From Verrucomicrobiota bacterium (GTDB lineage Bacteria; Verrucomicrobiota; Kiritimatiellia; JAAZAB01), in assembly GCA_018898455.1 (NCBI GenBank), contig JAHIJO010000232.1, positions 1 through 32,831 of the forward strand: a stretch of 32,831 nucleotides of DNA, read 5' to 3'. Shown here one piece after another: positions 19,776-28,252 of the stretch (its first letter is position 1; each line of letters begins with the position of its first letter). Under the pieces are notes generated by a model. The model made no database searches. It saw nothing but the letters and a program-made list of their open reading frames with translations, and had not been told where the DNA came from. The position numbers and the translations under genes are program-made.

Positions 19776-20954
19776 TCATTTTGCCCGATGCGAAGCAATT
19801 TCCCGCGCCAGTGCCGCCCGCCATTCGCGAGGCGCCGCCGGCAAAGCGCAGGCAGATACCCGTTCGGCAATCGGGAAGGAATGCCGTCCCGCATGCACAA
19901 TCCACAGATGATCCAGTTTCAGATCCGCCAGGGCGGTATAAACCGAACGGCTGGCCTGCGGCGCTTCCGCGTATTTGAATTCAAACCCATAGCGCCGCCC
20001 GTTGCCCATCACCAGCAAATCCAATTCAGCGCCGGAATAAGCGCCCCAAAAGTAAGCTTCTGGCACACGCAACATCCTCAATATCTGCTCCAGCGCGAAG
20101 CCTTCCCATGACGCACCCACCCGGGGATGACTTGCCAATGCATCGTAATTGTATAATGCCAGCAGACTGTGCAAAAGACCGCTGTCGCGAAAAAATATTT
20201 TCGGCGACTTGACTTGTCTTTTGCTCAGGTTCTCGTGCCACGGTTGCAGCTGCCGCACCATGAAAGTTTCCGTCAGCACGTCCAGGTAACCACGCACCGT
20301 TTTATCGCTGAGCCCCAGGGAGCCGCCAACCTCCGACGCATTCCAAATCTGCCCGTGATAATGCGCCAACATAGTCCAGAATCGCCGCATGGCGGGCGCC
20401 GGCACACGAATGCCCAACTGGGGCAAATCCCGTTCAAGAAACGTCCTGATAAATCCCTCGCGCCAGGCGACACTATTCTCCGGCGACTTTGCCAGAAACG
20501 ATCTTGGAAAACCTCCCTGCACCCATAATCGTTCGCATTGATCCACTCCCGTTTCCCATAATCCGAACCCCCCCATTTCGACGAACTCCACGCGCCCAGC
20601 CAGACTTTCGGAAACTGCGCGCACCAGTTGCGGCATCGCACTGCCGAGAATCAGAAAACGCGCAGGGAAGCGGGGACGATCGACCAACACCCGTAAAATT
20701 GGAAACAAATCCGGCCGACGCTGGATTTCATCCACCACGATAAGCCCCTTCAACGCGCCGAGCGTCAACTCGGGGTTCTGCAACCGCCGCTCATCCTGAA
20801 TGGATTCCAAGTCAAAAATAACAGACTTACGCCGACAGGCAATAATTCGCGCCAGCGTGGTTTTCCCGCATTGGCGCGGCCCCAGCAAAGCCACAACCGG
20901 AGAACGTCGCAAAGCCGTTTCAACGCGATTCTGATACTCATTGCGAGGAATCAT
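19776..20954 (-). CDS. AAA-family ATPase with a C-terminal DUF4143-like domain (an 'ATP-binding protein' of unknown function).
   Basis: Walker A LLGPRQCGKTTL and Walker B IVVDEIQ motifs are present. The ~390-aa size and overall layout are typical of AAA_14+DUF4143 proteins. It lies between the two GT39 5'-end copies. Confidence 0.7.
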   Translation of the reverse strand: MIPRNEYQNRVETALRRSPVVALLGPRQCGKTTLARIIACRRKSVIFDLESIQDERRLQNPELTLGALKGLIVVDEIQRRPDLFPILRVLVDRPRFPARFLILGSAMPQLVRAVSESLAGRVEFVEMGGFGLWETGVDQCERLWVQGGFPRSFLAKSPENSVAWREGFIRTFLERDLPQLGIRVPAPAMRRFWTMLAHYHGQIWNASEVGGSLGLSDKTVRGYLDVLTETFMVRQLQPWHENLSKRQVKSPKIFFRDSGLLHSLLALYNYDALASHPRVGASWEGFALEQILRMLRVPEAYFWGAYSGAELDLLVMGNGRRYGFEFKYAEAPQASRSVYTALADLKLDHLWIVHAGRHSFPIAERVSACALPAAPREWRAALAREIASHRAK

Positions 20955-20955
20955 G

Positions 20956-21015
20956 GTTGCAATCTATCCTTGAATATTCGGATTGTCAATCCGAATATTC
21001 AAGGATCTTTGCAAC
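20956..21015. promoter_or_regulatory. 60-bp imperfect palindrome with a 37-bp perfect core (18-bp arms, 1-nt centre) immediately upstream of the ATPase start codon. It is a candidate operator or RNA hairpin sequestering the RBS.
   Basis: The core CCTTGAATATTCGGATTG-T-CAATCCGAATATTCAAGG sits at ~20968..21004. It is flanked by 7-bp outer arms GTTGCAA / TTGCAAC. On the minus strand the palindrome ends 2 nt before the ATG, and its right arm contains the only SD-like AAGGA. Confidence 0.6.
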
Positions 21016-21064
21016 TATTCAGGAGCCGGAATTCTGTCTTCTGACTAATTGTGAGCTGTGAAAT

Positions 21065-21403
21065 TTATGCAATACCAAACACAGTCAGAATACCGAAGAG
21101 CGCATTCGGCAGGCAAATGATGAAGGCCGGCGGGGCCAGATGGAACAGATCAATCAACAACTTGGTGATTGCCGGCGAAAACGGAAACTGGGCCGTACGC
21201 CCCATCAACTCCATCCACTGGGTAAAAACTACCCAGCCGCTCACCGGACGGTGGCAGATATCAAAAAAGAGCATGGTGTCAGCGCGAAACGAGGAAACAC
21301 CCAGATGATAAAGGCGAAAGCCCGCGGCTAAAGCGATAACACCGATCAACGCAACGATCCACCATTTTGTCCTGACGGCGAGCGTGCTCACATGTTTTTT
21401 CAA
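21065..21403 (-). pseudogene. Truncated paralogous copy (N-terminal 112 codons) of the ArnT/PMT-family glycosyltransferase.
   Basis: Its 53-aa stretch ALAAGFRLYHLGVSSFRADTMLFFDICHRPVSGWVVFTQWMELMGRTAQFPFS is identical to residues of the full-length gene at 17354..19411. The ORF terminates exactly where the palindrome/ATPase cassette begins. Confidence 0.65.
21085..21320. repeat. Copy B of the duplicated GT39 5'-end segment (see 19105..19340).
   Basis: It has the same orientation as copy A, with a near-identical 145-bp core at 21175..21319. Confidence 0.8.
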
Positions 21404-21486
21404 TGACCATCTGTTATTATTGATTGAACGAAGGCAAATTTATCTTGGATTTATACTCATTTTAACCGAAAACCTGTCCAATGGAT

Positions 21487-21495
21487 GGGGGGGGG
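21487..21495. repeat. G9 homopolymeric tract in the intergenic region at the boundary of the lower-GC sugar island.
   Basis: ATGGATGGGGGGGGGCTCAC contains nine consecutive G. It lies between the truncated GT39 fragment and the 3' end of the GHMP kinase gene. Confidence 0.6.
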
Positions 21496-21577
21496 CTCAC
21501 AGTATATTTGATTAATTTACTTCACTCATCTTTGACTGACAACAGATATCGCTTCATGCTTCAATACCATCTCCTTA

Positions 21578-22558
21578 TTAATCTTGAACGTAGATGATCT
21601 TACCGCCCTGAGGCTCGAACGTGAACGGGGTTTCCTTAAGACCCAAAAGAGCTTTGCGCACATTGGCCTGATGCTCTTTCTCGCAATAGAACAGAAGGAA
21701 TCCCCCGCCGCCAGCTCCCAGAAGCTTTCCTCCGACTGCCCCAGCTTCCAACGCTTTCTGATAATACCCGTTGATCTCAGGATTGCTGATGCCGCCCGCA
21801 AGGTCTTTCTTTAAGAGCCAGCCCTCATGCAGGATCTCCCCGAATCCGTGTAGGTCATTCGTTTGAAGTTTCTTGAGAAGCTTATGAGACAATGCAACAA
21901 TATCATCCAGACGAGCCATATTCTTCTCCGTGTTCTCACCCTGTTCTTTGAGGATTGTCGAAGATACCCGTGTTGTGCCTGTATAAAAAAGCAGGAGCTT
22001 ATCATTCAGGATTTTCTTTGTCTCGCTGGAAAAAATGACCGGATCAACAAAAACGCTCTCATCACTGTTGAACTTGATATACTGGAACCCTCCGTAAGCT
22101 GCGATATATTGATCCTGCTTGCCGATCGGATTCTTCAATATCCCAATCTCGATCTCACAGGCCTCACGGGCCAACTGGTCTGCTGAGACATGCCTTCCCT
22201 GATACGCATGCAGCGCATTAAGAACACCTACCGCCAAGCTGCTCGATGATCCAAGGCCAATGCCCGCCGATCCCAATGGAACATCCCCCATATAAACGAC
22301 CTCGATCCCCTTCTTGACCCCTACCATCTTCAAGGCCTCACGGATAATGTTATGTTCGACTTCATCCGTTGATCCGACAAGCTCGGTCTTGGAATAGCTG
22401 ACGCGCACGAGGTCATCGAACTTCTTGTTCACGGTAATGTATATGTATTTATCGATCGCTGTTGAAACAACGGAGCCTGTTTTCTGCCTGTAATAGGCCG
22501 GCAGATCTGATCCGCCCCCGGCAAAACTCATCCGCAACGGAGTTCGCGAAATAATCAT
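21578..22558 (-). CDS. GHMP-family sugar kinase (HddA-like; D-glycero-D-manno-heptose 7-phosphate kinase type).
   Basis: The N-terminus MIISRTPLRMSFAGGGSDLPAYY is typical of HddA-like kinases. The GHMP ATP-binding motif PLGSAGIGLGSSSSLAVGV is present. An ATGA overlap with the upstream SDR gene indicates an operon. Confidence 0.65.
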   Translation of the reverse strand: MIISRTPLRMSFAGGGSDLPAYYRQKTGSVVSTAIDKYIYITVNKKFDDLVRVSYSKTELVGSTDEVEHNIIREALKMVGVKKGIEVVYMGDVPLGSAGIGLGSSSSLAVGVLNALHAYQGRHVSADQLAREACEIEIGILKNPIGKQDQYIAAYGGFQYIKFNSDESVFVDPVIFSSETKKILNDKLLLFYTGTTRVSSTILKEQGENTEKNMARLDDIVALSHKLLKKLQTNDLHGFGEILHEGWLLKKDLAGGISNPEINGYYQKALEAGAVGGKLLGAGGGGFLLFYCEKEHQANVRKALLGLKETPFTFEPQGGKIIYVQD

Positions 22559-23448
22559 CGTTCACCTCCCCATGAATGAATGCATTCTTGAAGACCCTGC
22601 TCAAGGCTGACACCTGCCCGCCACCCTAATATCTTCTCGGTCTTGGACATATCGGCCCAAAATTCAGCGGTCGGAGCCGCTGTTGAAGCGCGCAACTGTT
22701 GAGCATATTCCGGCTTCCTCCCCATCGACCGCTCCAGTATCTCACACACCTTCCAGACAGGACAAGCCCAACCAGTCCCCACATTATAAATCCCTGTCAG
22801 AACATCTTTCTTCGCTGCCAGCAGCAGTGCCTTGGCAGCATCATCGACAAAAACAAAGTCGTTTGCATTGGCCGGAGTCTTAACAACAGGGAGATCCCCC
22901 TGCTTCAAAGACCGGATGAGCGTCGGGATCAGGGACTCTGACCGCTGGCCAGGGCCATAGACATAAAATAACCGCATCCAGACGAATGACAACTGGTATT
23001 TTGCGGCAAGCATGAGCCCCATATCACACAGGGCATGTTTGGCCCAGACAAAATAGCTACTGGTCGCCACCGTATCATCTTCACGGCAGGAACCTAAGGA
23101 CTTGCCGTATTCCCAACAGCTTCCCAATGCAACGATCCTGCAACATCCACATTCCTCGGCCAGGAAACGGAACAAGGCAGTTCCCTGTTCCAGGTTTTTT
23201 CGGGACGCCTCAAACCCATAATCGGGGAGACCCTGCCAGGCAAGATGGATGCACACATCCGGATTAATCTCCGCCAGCCTGGCGGAAAAAGAGCTTAAGT
23301 CCGCGAGGTCACCCAAAACCACCTTGACACCGCTTCCCAGTGAACCCAAACTTGGAAGGCACAGGGCGTAAATCTCATCCGCCGGATCAATGAACTTCTC
23401 CAACCGGCGACCGATAAACCCTGTGACGCCTGTAATCAGTACTTTCAT
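22555..23448 (-). CDS. NAD(P)-dependent epimerase/dehydratase-family SDR (candidate nucleotide-sugar 4-reductase).
   Basis: It has the N-terminal Rossmann motif MKVLITGVTGFIGRRL and is 297 aa, the size of an extended SDR. Confidence 0.6.
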   Translation of the reverse strand: MKVLITGVTGFIGRRLEKFIDPADEIYALCLPSLGSLGSGVKVVLGDLADLSSFSARLAEINPDVCIHLAWQGLPDYGFEASRKNLEQGTALFRFLAEECGCCRIVALGSCWEYGKSLGSCREDDTVATSSYFVWAKHALCDMGLMLAAKYQLSFVWMRLFYVYGPGQRSESLIPTLIRSLKQGDLPVVKTPANANDFVFVDDAAKALLLAAKKDVLTGIYNVGTGWACPVWKVCEILERSMGRKPEYAQQLRASTAAPTAEFWADMSKTEKILGWRAGVSLEQGLQECIHSWGGER

Positions 23449-23458
23449 CGTATCCCCG

Positions 23459-24022
23459 TCAACACTCCAACCCTTTTTCCTTCACTACGAATTCCGAAAA
23501 GCTCATGGCCCCGACATCCTTGTCCGAAATGATCGGCGCCCCTTCCAACGGCCAAGGAATCCCAAGGTCCCTGTCGGCCCAGTTAATGGTCCCGGCGCTT
23601 TGCGGATGATAGGCTGTGTCCATTTTGTACAACAAAGAACAATCCGGGGTCATCGTGCACATGCCCAGCGCCAAACCTTTCGGCACATACAAGAGCTCAG
23701 GATCGGACGCGACGAGGGTCACGCCGTCCCATGAACCAAAAGTCGGCGCCCCCTTGCGCAAATCGACAAAAGCCATGAACGCCTTTCCATGGGCAATACG
23801 GACCAGCTTTGTTTCTGCATAAGGAGGACGCTGAAAATGCAAACCCCTCACCGTGCCCTTTTGGGCCGAAAAGGAGTGGCTTTCCTGGATCCAGTCCACG
23901 GGCAGTCCCTGGGGCGCAAAAAACTCCTTATCATAAGTCCGCGTGAAGAATCCTCGGTTGTCACGATGGATATCCAATCGTATCCTGAAAGCGCCGGGAA
24001 CCTTTAACGCGATCTTTTCCAC
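23459..24022 (-). CDS. RmlC-like cupin (dTDP-4-dehydrorhamnose 3,5-epimerase family) nucleotide-sugar epimerase.
   Basis: At 187 aa it has the RmlC-like motif VRGLHFQ and cupin-type beta-rich composition. AAAGGAAG lies upstream of the ATG. Confidence 0.65.
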   Translation of the reverse strand: MEKIALKVPGAFRIRLDIHRDNRGFFTRTYDKEFFAPQGLPVDWIQESHSFSAQKGTVRGLHFQRPPYAETKLVRIAHGKAFMAFVDLRKGAPTFGSWDGVTLVASDPELLYVPKGLALGMCTMTPDCSLLYKMDTAYHPQSAGTINWADRDLGIPWPLEGAPIISDKDVGAMSFSEFVVKEKGLEC

Positions 24023-24038
24023 GGACAGGATCTTCCTT

Positions 24039-25271
24039 TCATTCTACCAAGAATGGCGTTTTCGGGAACGGGACAAGGTACGGCCCCGCATATCCCGAAC
24101 CACGGCATTCGCGCATAATCTCATCCTTGAAATTCCAGGCAATGATAAAAACAAGATCCGGCTTGAGCGCCAAGCCCTTATCTCTGGAAATGATGGGGAT
24201 ATTGGAACCCGCCGTCCATCGTTCCTGTTTAAGCCCATTATTATCAATGATGGCTGCAATCTCCTTGGTGCTCAACCCGCAAAAATTCAAATATGTCGAA
24301 CTGCGCGCTGATGCGCCGAACCCCACGACGGTCTTCCCTTTAAACTCACGAAGGATCTCGATTGTTCTCGTTTTATGTTCCTGGCTCCTCAGGGCAAAAT
24401 CCTTCCAGCCAGCGACGGTATTTGTTCCTGCCTTGTCTTCAGCCGCAAAGGCTTCCGTATACGACCCATTAACAGGACATTGCGTCTTGGAAAAATAAAT
24501 AACATTCGACCCACCACTGATCGGGCTGACATCCATATGAAATGGGTACAAGCCAAAACGGCCCAGAAACGCTGTCATGGACCGGGTCGTGAAATAACAC
24601 AGATGCTCATGATAAATCGAATCATAATGCAGTTCACGTGCAATAATGCCACCGTCATGAAATTCGATAATCCCCACCCCGTCATCCGCCAGGACATCAG
24701 AAATCCCGAGAATGACATCATGGAGCTCGCTCACGTGCGGGATGACATTGCGCGCCATCACAACCCTGGCTCTGCCATGTTGGGCGACCACATCAGCCGC
24801 GGTTTCTCGGTTCCAATAAGCGCATAACGTCCGAACACCCGCTTCCTCTGCGATCTTGGCGATATTTTTTGCCGGCTCAATACCCAGTACGGAATGCCCC
24901 GCGTCAACAAAGGACTTTAGAATCGTGCCGTCGTTGGAGGCGATCTCGACGACGAGGTCTCCCACCTTCAAACCCGTGCGTTTCACCGTGCGATCGAAGA
25001 AGACCTTTGCGTAATCCCGCGCTGCCAAAGACGTCCCCGTGACCCAAACGTACGAATCAAATAGTAGTTCTTTGCGGACCGTGTCCTTGAGCTGAAATAA
25101 GCCACAATCCAAACAAAAGGCTGTCCGCAACGGATAACGTCGAGCCTGCTCTATTGCCGAACCCAACAGCGCATTGGCCAGCGGTTGTGGTCCAAGATCA
25201 AGAATACCCACAAGTTTCGCCGAAGAACAAGAACGGCATTCTTTGATCGTTTCAAACTCGGCGTGCTTCAT
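24039..25271 (-). CDS. TylCIII-type NDP-ketosugar C-methyltransferase (N-terminal Zn-ribbon plus class I SAM MTase plus C-methyltransferase C-terminal domain).
   Basis: A CxxC...CxxC zinc ribbon (CRSCSS...CLDCG) is present. The SAM motif I is VVEIASNDG. The conserved C-methyltransferase motif is YHEHLCYFT. An ATGA overlap with the upstream SDR gene indicates an operon. Confidence 0.65.
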   Translation of the reverse strand: MKHAEFETIKECRSCSSAKLVGILDLGPQPLANALLGSAIEQARRYPLRTAFCLDCGLFQLKDTVRKELLFDSYVWVTGTSLAARDYAKVFFDRTVKRTGLKVGDLVVEIASNDGTILKSFVDAGHSVLGIEPAKNIAKIAEEAGVRTLCAYWNRETAADVVAQHGRARVVMARNVIPHVSELHDVILGISDVLADDGVGIIEFHDGGIIARELHYDSIYHEHLCYFTTRSMTAFLGRFGLYPFHMDVSPISGGSNVIYFSKTQCPVNGSYTEAFAAEDKAGTNTVAGWKDFALRSQEHKTRTIEILREFKGKTVVGFGASARSSTYLNFCGLSTKEIAAIIDNNGLKQERWTAGSNIPIISRDKGLALKPDLVFIIAWNFKDEIMRECRGSGYAGPYLVPFPKTPFLVE

Positions 25272-26314
25272 CTTTTCCCTTTATCCACCCATGAAAGGTC
25301 CGGACCCAGCAATCCTTCCGACCGCAGGTGATGGATCTGCTTCAGCCGGATGCACATCCGGCCTCGGAAATGCTCTTCTGTAAAATTGATCCTCTTGAAC
25401 AGGTCAGTGAGATCTTTCCCTCCCCGATCAAGGCCCCATTCGGGCTTGAAATGATCTTTGAGAACGGTGAAGATCTTCTTGAAGCTCACGCGATACGTCC
25501 TCGAATCATTGCCATGTTCGCCGGTAAAAACAAGCGAGCTGCCCGGGACCGCGCGTTGAGCGGCTTCGGCCAGATCGCGCACCATGAAATTCCCGTTCGG
25601 GATCCCGACATTGAATGCCTGGCCGGAAACAATATCCAGCGGGGCTTCAAGTCCGGCAATGTAAGCATTCGAAACATCGTGCACATGGACAACAGGACGC
25701 CATGGAGTTCCATCGCTTTTGATCTCTATTTTGCCCGTAGTATAAGCACAGGCAACAAGGTTGTTGTAAACGATATCACAACGTAATCGCGGACTGGCCC
25801 CGAACACCGTGGACGGGCGGAAACAGATCACGTGAAAATTCTTGTCCGCCATCTTCCTCAGTTCGCACTCGGCATCCCATTTCGTACGGGCGTATGCCGT
25901 CAAAGGCTGCTTTGCGCTGTTGTCCTCTTCGATCTCAGCATCCAACCTGGAAATGCCATACATGCTCTGTGAGGACGAATAGATGAACCGCTTCACGCCA
26001 GCCTTCTTGGCCGCTTTTCCCGCGAGGACCGTTCCACCAAGGTTGATCTCTTCAGTCAATCCAGGCGTGAGCTCACCCAACGGATCATTGGAAAGCGCCG
26101 CGAGATGGATAAGGGCGTCACATCCTTTCATATCGGTTGCCTTGATATCCCGGATATCTTTGGATATCTGGACGATCGATGGGTTATGAGGATACAAAAG
26201 GCAATCCTTGTAATAACCCACATCCAATCCAACGACCTCATACCCCTTCGCAAAAAGCATATCCACAAGGACGCTGCCGATATACCCCTGATTTCCCGTA
26301 ACCAGCACCTTCAT
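25268..26314 (-). CDS. NAD-dependent epimerase/dehydratase-family SDR (candidate nucleotide-sugar dehydratase or epimerase).
   Basis: It has the Rossmann motif MKVLVTGNQGYIGSVL and the catalytic YARTK (YxxxK). It is 348 aa. Confidence 0.6.
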   Translation of the reverse strand: MKVLVTGNQGYIGSVLVDMLFAKGYEVVGLDVGYYKDCLLYPHNPSIVQISKDIRDIKATDMKGCDALIHLAALSNDPLGELTPGLTEEINLGGTVLAGKAAKKAGVKRFIYSSSQSMYGISRLDAEIEEDNSAKQPLTAYARTKWDAECELRKMADKNFHVICFRPSTVFGASPRLRCDIVYNNLVACAYTTGKIEIKSDGTPWRPVVHVHDVSNAYIAGLEAPLDIVSGQAFNVGIPNGNFMVRDLAEAAQRAVPGSSLVFTGEHGNDSRTYRVSFKKIFTVLKDHFKPEWGLDRGGKDLTDLFKRINFTEEHFRGRMCIRLKQIHHLRSEGLLGPDLSWVDKGKR

Positions 26315-26510
26315 ATCAGACCTTCCTGCTTCCTATTTGATAGATACCAACAGTAATGTCTAATGGGCCGTTTCCATGATATAATATTCTTTGCTGTCGA
26401 CCAAGAAATTAAGATCGTCGGGCTTGTTTAAGAGATATCCCGGTCCAATATTTTTTCCCTAGCCACCCTACGGATCACCACACATATCCCGTCAAAATAG
26501 TCTATAAAGA

Positions 26511-27260
26511 TCATCTTATATCTTTCTGCTCAAGCTTCTGGAACCCCTTCGACAGGGTCACGGCCTCAAAATTTCTTAAACTATCGAGCGAGGTGATAAA
26601 ATAATATTGCTCATCTGTCATGAATGCGCCGAGCCGCCCTTCTGCCGCCAGCTGCGCTAGGATCTTCTTCTCAAAAGAAATATTCCCTGTCTCCGAGACA
26701 TCCAGAACTTTCTTCTCGACAATAAAAAACCCGATATCGATACCATTCAATCCCGGCGCGCGCCGGGTCTTGTCATACGCCCCAACCCTGCCGGAGGCAT
26801 CAACAATGACATTGTTCTCATGACCGTATTCGCCTGTCCCCTTCTTATTGCTAAAGACGGTTGTTGTAACGGGAAGGCCTAACCTCTCATAATTTGCGGT
26901 CATTTTCTCCATAGGTATTGGCCAATAATTGTCGCCATACAACAGCAGAAACCGGTCGCTTAGCTTCTCATACGCATTCAGCAGGCGGCGTCCCGTAAGG
27001 TCTTCTTCCGTGCCCACGGAATACTCGATTTGGACACCGCAGGCCAGACAATCCCCGTAATACGCCATGATCTTCTCGGCCTTATAACCGACAAGAAAAA
27101 GCACCCGCATAATCCCGGCATCCACCAGAGACCGCAGCAGATAATCCGTAAAAGGAACGCCATGCACGGGGGCCATGGGCTTGGGTAATTCATCCGTTAA
27201 CGGCCGCAGGCGTTCCCCCCGACCTCCCGCCAATATGACAGCCTTTTCTATCTTTCCCAT
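26511..27260 (-). CDS. Sugar-1-phosphate nucleotidyltransferase (HddC/GDP-heptose or dNDP-sugar pyrophosphorylase type).
   Basis: The N-terminal motif VILAGGRGERLRPLTDELPKPM is the G-x-G-x-R-x-PLT signature of the NTP_transferase family. Confidence 0.7.
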   Translation of the reverse strand: MGKIEKAVILAGGRGERLRPLTDELPKPMAPVHGVPFTDYLLRSLVDAGIMRVLFLVGYKAEKIMAYYGDCLACGVQIEYSVGTEEDLTGRRLLNAYEKLSDRFLLLYGDNYWPIPMEKMTANYERLGLPVTTTVFSNKKGTGEYGHENNVIVDASGRVGAYDKTRRAPGLNGIDIGFFIVEKKVLDVSETGNISFEKKILAQLAAEGRLGAFMTDEQYYFITSLDSLRNFEAVTLSKGFQKLEQKDIR

Positions 27261-27415
27261 CTGCCGCCTTCAACTCAGAGCGCATCACGCTTAAATCGAT
27301 TGCGATTCCTGTAACCACAGGACTTCTGGATCAACTGCTGAAAACAGCCGTTAAGCCCTTCCGCGGCCACACTGCTCAGGTTGTAGCGGAATGTATCCAT
27401 GTTCGCCATCCCGGT

Positions 27416-28252
27416 TCACGGCGTGGAGGCCGTCCTCCTCTCGCGCCAGCGTCTCCGCAAGGCCAGGTATATAAAGAAAAGTCTCTTTTCGATTAGCGTC
27501 AACGCGAAGTGAACGGTCATCCACGCGACTTCAATCGGGATCAGATGCACACCGTGTTTGGCCGCCGTCATCAGCATGTAGCGCCTCGCCATTGGCGCGT
27601 ATCGCACCGTCTCATTGGCCCCATGATACCGGTTGCCGATCAACAAATCCGGGATATGGTAGATTGGCGCCTCCCGACAGATCGCTATCGAAAGGTCAAT
27701 GTCCGAGGTGTAGCAGATCGTCTGATCATAACACTGCCCCCGCATGGATGAAGTGCGGATCAGCAGGGGAATGCCGAACCAGTTCCGAGTGGTCTTGAAG
27801 CACTGCATGGCGATCGACCGGGAATCCGCCAAGCCAGAGCGCCCGAATCGCCTGACGGCCACGATCCGGTCCTCCTCGTCAATGTAGGCAAGATCGCAGT
27901 AGACTGACGGCACCTCCGGGTGGGACTCCATAATGGCGAAGGCCAGCGCCAATGCCTCCTTGTGGAACAATATGTCGTCACTGCACAGCATCATATAATA
28001 GGGCGTACGGACTTGTTCCAGACATCGGTTGGCATTGGCAACGAAGCCGCCGTTTCGCGCGTTTTCAATCATTACAAGCCGTTTATCGCCACAGAAAGAC
28101 CGAACGACGTCACGCGTGCGGTCCGTCGAGGCGTTGTCGGAAACCACAATCTGTAGATCGGCGAACGACTGGGAAAGCACTGACTCGATCGCCTTCCCAA
28201 CGAACCGTTCCTGATTATAGACGGGAATCAGAATTGTAATAGCCGGCTTCAT
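27416..28252 (-). CDS. Family-2 glycosyltransferase (GT-A fold), possibly a polyprenyl-phosphate sugar synthase of the ArnC/DPM1 type.
   Basis: MKPAITILIPVYNQERF...SDNASTD plus the CSDDIL DxD-like motif are present. There is a single C-terminal hydrophobic stretch (VAWMTVHFALTLIEKRLFFIYLAL). The ATG at 28252 is preferred over the track start at 28309. Confidence 0.65.
   Translation of the reverse strand: MKPAITILIPVYNQERFVGKAIESVLSQSFADLQIVVSDNASTDRTRDVVRSFCGDKRLVMIENARNGGFVANANRCLEQVRTPYYMMLCSDDILFHKEALALAFAIMESHPEVPSVYCDLAYIDEEDRIVAVRRFGRSGLADSRSIAMQCFKTTRNWFGIPLLIRTSSMRGQCYDQTICYTSDIDLSIAICREAPIYHIPDLLIGNRYHGANETVRYAPMARRYMLMTAAKHGVHLIPIEVAWMTVHFALTLIEKRLFFIYLALRRRWRERRTASTP

Noticed and set aside
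27266-27400. A 44-aa minus-strand ORF (MANMDTFRYNLSSVAAEGLNG...) in the spacer between the GT2 and nucleotidyltransferase genes.
   Set aside because: It is possibly a leader or small peptide, but it has no RBS, no homology features and is below any reliable size threshold.
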